DNA of 64,000 nucleotides from a virus (lineage: Duplodnaviria > Caudoviricetes). The stretch covers positions 44,493-108,492 of IMG/VR virus record IMGVR_UViG_3300031908_000001, one strand, 5' to 3'. Every line of letters starts with the position of its first letter. The stretch's first letter is position 1. The translations under genes and the position numbers were made by a program. The notes under the pieces were generated by a model. The model had not been told where the DNA came from. It saw nothing but the letters and a program-made list of their open reading frames with translations, and ran no database searches. This document shows, piece after piece, positions 62,100 to 64,000 of this stretch.

Positions 62100-62630
62100 T
62101 TATTTTATTAATGGCTCTCTTACTTTTATCAAAACTCCATTTATTGACCCCTCCAGAAGCATATTTGTATGATCTTCAGGCTTTAATGAGCCGCCCATTT
62201 TATTTAATTTGTCATCCTTAGATTTGGCAGACCAATACAAAGAGTCTATGTACTGAAGATCTCGTTGCTTTCTAAACAAAGATTTTTTCTTTAATTGAAA
62301 TCCTTCATCTAGCAATACTGCATTTTCAACTTCAGCAACGGTTGGAGATTTCATCTTTTCATTTTCAATTCTTGTCAACTTCTTTCTATACTGTTCACTC
62401 AATCTTGCACCCAAGATATCCACTTCTAATTTTGCTTTAGCTGCAACTTCTTCTTGATCTGCCTTAAGTAGTCCTATTCTATTAAGAAGGACTGGAAATG
62501 TTAGAATCTCCCCCATTATATTGCTATAATCAATTCTTAATAAATCATCTACTTCAACGTCAGTGTCGAACCCCTCAACTTTAAGGGATATAATTTTATC
62601 CCCAACGGTTATTTTTATTGTCTCTTGCAT
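62100..62630 (-). CDS. UvsY-like recombination mediator (putative)
   Basis: LRID..N, helical bundle, PTVAEVENAV..D; lies between polymerase and SSB. Confidence 0.5.
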   Translation of the reverse strand: MQETIKITVGDKIISLKVEGFDTDVEVDDLLRIDYSNIMGEILTFPVLLNRIGLLKADQEEVAAKAKLEVDILGARLSEQYRKKLTRIENEKMKSPTVAEVENAVLLDEGFQLKKKSLFRKQRDLQYIDSLYWSAKSKDDKLNKMGGSLKPEDHTNMLLEGSINGVLIKVREPLIK

Positions 62631-64000
62631 TATATTATCTCAATTTTAGTTTTCTCTATTGAATAAATTACATTTTTCTTTTTCCAATTGTCCATTTTAA
62701 TCTGACCGTATATTATTACCACTCTTCCGTCTGCTCCAGTTAATTGCTGTCTAAATTCCTCATATTTATCATTCCAAATAGTGCAGAAAATATTATTATA
62801 ATTGAGTGATAATTCTAGTTGGCAGAAGGGGCCATTTTTTGATTTCCTTTCCTTTAGTTCTACAAACTGACCGGAAAGCAACACATATTTATTTTCGCTT
62901 TCTTCACTAAATATTTCATCCTCATCAATATAATATTTCATTAAGTTACTTAACGAAGATCTGTCAGCTATTTTTTTAAAGTCAATATATCCGAATCCTG
63001 TAAGCGCCTTGGCCAGCTTTGACCAAAAATAGTCTTGCCTGGTTAACTCTCCATTGCTAAAAGTTTCAGGCAAATCAACTTTAACAATATCTCTAAATTT
63101 CCTAACAATTCTTAATCTATCAGATGGAACCTTTACTTTCTCTATCTCATCAAAGCATCCACACAGAGCCATATTAAATAAAGCTTTTTTGTTTATTTTC
63201 TTGCCTTGCATTCTAATATAAAATTCTTCAAAAGAATAAAAATTACCCCCCTCTTCTCTTTCCTTCAGAATATTTTTTACGGCAACCTCTCCAACAAATT
63301 TAATTTTCTTAAGTGACCAGTAAATTCTTTTTAATTTATGATCCCCGACAATATGAAAATTTGAATTATTTATATCTGCCGGCATTACCTTTATTGATCC
63401 AATTTTATGAATCTCACTCACTATTCTGGCAACGGACGCTTTGCCCATCTTATCATCTTTTACAAATTGAAATGCCGTTGTGTAAAACTCAACTGGATAA
63501 TGAGCTTTTAAATATGCAGTTATGTATCCCAATATTGCATAACATGCAGCGTGAGCTCTGTTAAAACTATACCCCGCAAATACTTCTATCAGCTCCCAAA
63601 GTTTTTCTGGTTCTCCTTCCGGCGCCCCTCTGTCCAAACACCCCTTTATAAACTGATCTCTGTAGGATTTCATCAGATCCATATTCTTTTTTCCTATCGC
63701 TCTTCTGATTGAATCTGCATCAGCTAATGTAAAGCCGGCTGCAACCTGAACAAGTTTTAAAATTTGTTCTTGATATATCAAGATTGAATAAGTGTCCTTT
63801 GTAATCTCTTCCATTTTAAAGAGATATTCTGGTTCCATTCTGCCGTGCTTAATTTCAATATATTTTTTGTGCCCACCGGTCTCCATTGTTCCAGGTCGAT
63901 AAATAGAGTTTGTTGCAATAAGATCTTCAATATTGTCTGGCACAAGATCTTTTAAGTAGGCACTCATCCCATCTCCATTAAATTGGAATACATCTATCAT
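62630..64000 (-). CDS. dnaE: DNA polymerase III alpha subunit (family C), C-terminal part, truncated by the window
   Basis: VFQF, YRPG, LIYQEQ, AD.IRRAIGKK, YSFNRAHA..Y, YLKAHYP.EF, DINNS, IKFVG, C-terminal OB fold. Confidence 0.95.
   Translation of the reverse strand: MIDVFQFNGDGMSAYLKDLVPDNIEDLIATNSIYRPGTMETGGHKKYIEIKHGRMEPEYLFKMEEITKDTYSILIYQEQILKLVQVAAGFTLADADSIRRAIGKKNMDLMKSYRDQFIKGCLDRGAPEGEPEKLWELIEVFAGYSFNRAHAACYAILGYITAYLKAHYPVEFYTTAFQFVKDDKMGKASVARIVSEIHKIGSIKVMPADINNSNFHIVGDHKLKRIYWSLKKIKFVGEVAVKNILKEREEGGNFYSFEEFYIRMQGKKINKKALFNMALCGCFDEIEKVKVPSDRLRIVRKFRDIVKVDLPETFSNGELTRQDYFWSKLAKALTGFGYIDFKKIADRSSLSNLMKYYIDEDEIFSEESENKYVLLSGQFVELKERKSKNGPFCQLELSLNYNNIFCTIWNDKYEEFRQQLTGADGRVVIIYGQIKMDNWKKKNVIYSIEKTKIEII

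Larger units (their letters stand above)
9141..62953. repeat. dispersed 13-bp palindrome TTAAGTWACTTAA
   Basis: Perfect copies at 9141, 15050, 19112, 19500, 27415, 41160, 43957, 53377, 56691, 62941, plus several one-mismatch copies. Confidence 0.85.

Noticed and set aside
9141-62953. Dispersed repeats as a CRISPR array or integron attC array
   Set aside because: The repeats are 13-16 bp and kilobases apart, with no regular spacers, no attC-type long imperfect hairpins, and no cas or integrase gene in the window.
307-63564. Plus-strand ORFs in the six-frame track
   Set aside because: They lie antisense to well-supported minus-strand genes, have Ser/Phe/Leu-rich shadow composition and show no recognisable motifs.
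1-64000. Stop-codon reassignment (alternative genetic code)
   Set aside because: Conserved genes are full length in code 11, and TAA, TAG and TGA all terminate genes at coupled junctions.

Overview
This window is part of a large, AT-rich lytic dsDNA phage genome, with essentially all real genes on the minus strand. The host is probably a Bacteroidota: promoters are of the TAnnTTTG (-7) / TTTG (-33) type, there are no Shine-Dalgarno motifs, and one gene resembles a type IX secretion (T9SS) cargo protein. In transcription order (64 kb to 1) there are five blocks. (1) Replication/recombination: DnaE-type polymerase, UvsY-like protein, gp32-like SSB, SbcD/SbcC, RuvC-like resolvase, RNase H, SNF2 and UvrD helicases. 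(2) About 28 kb of short accessory ORFs, including ThyX and dUTPase. (3) A cluster of three atypical tRNA-shaped RNAs. (4) A DnaQ-like exonuclease and the terminase locus. (5) An SPO1/Herelleviridae-like head module (portal, MuF/gp7-like protein, prohead protease-scaffold, major capsid protein) interrupted by an ADP-ribosyltransferase and a NUDIX hydrolase. The most unusual signals are: a ~540-nt non-coding unit of tRNA mimics lacking canonical anticodon loops; a possibly capsid-packaged ART/NUDIX pair carrying the same [ILVF]xK[ASG] motif as the scaffold and capsid; two families of dispersed palindromes (ATAAAA[GT/AC]TTTTAT at promoters, TTAAGTWACTTAA at gene junctions and within CDSs); duplicated small-terminase-like genes flanking TerL; combinatorially shuffled mini-domain proteins; a promoter-to-terminator sRNA; and an attenuator-like leader. 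All calls were made by eye from motifs; no database searches or computations were run.
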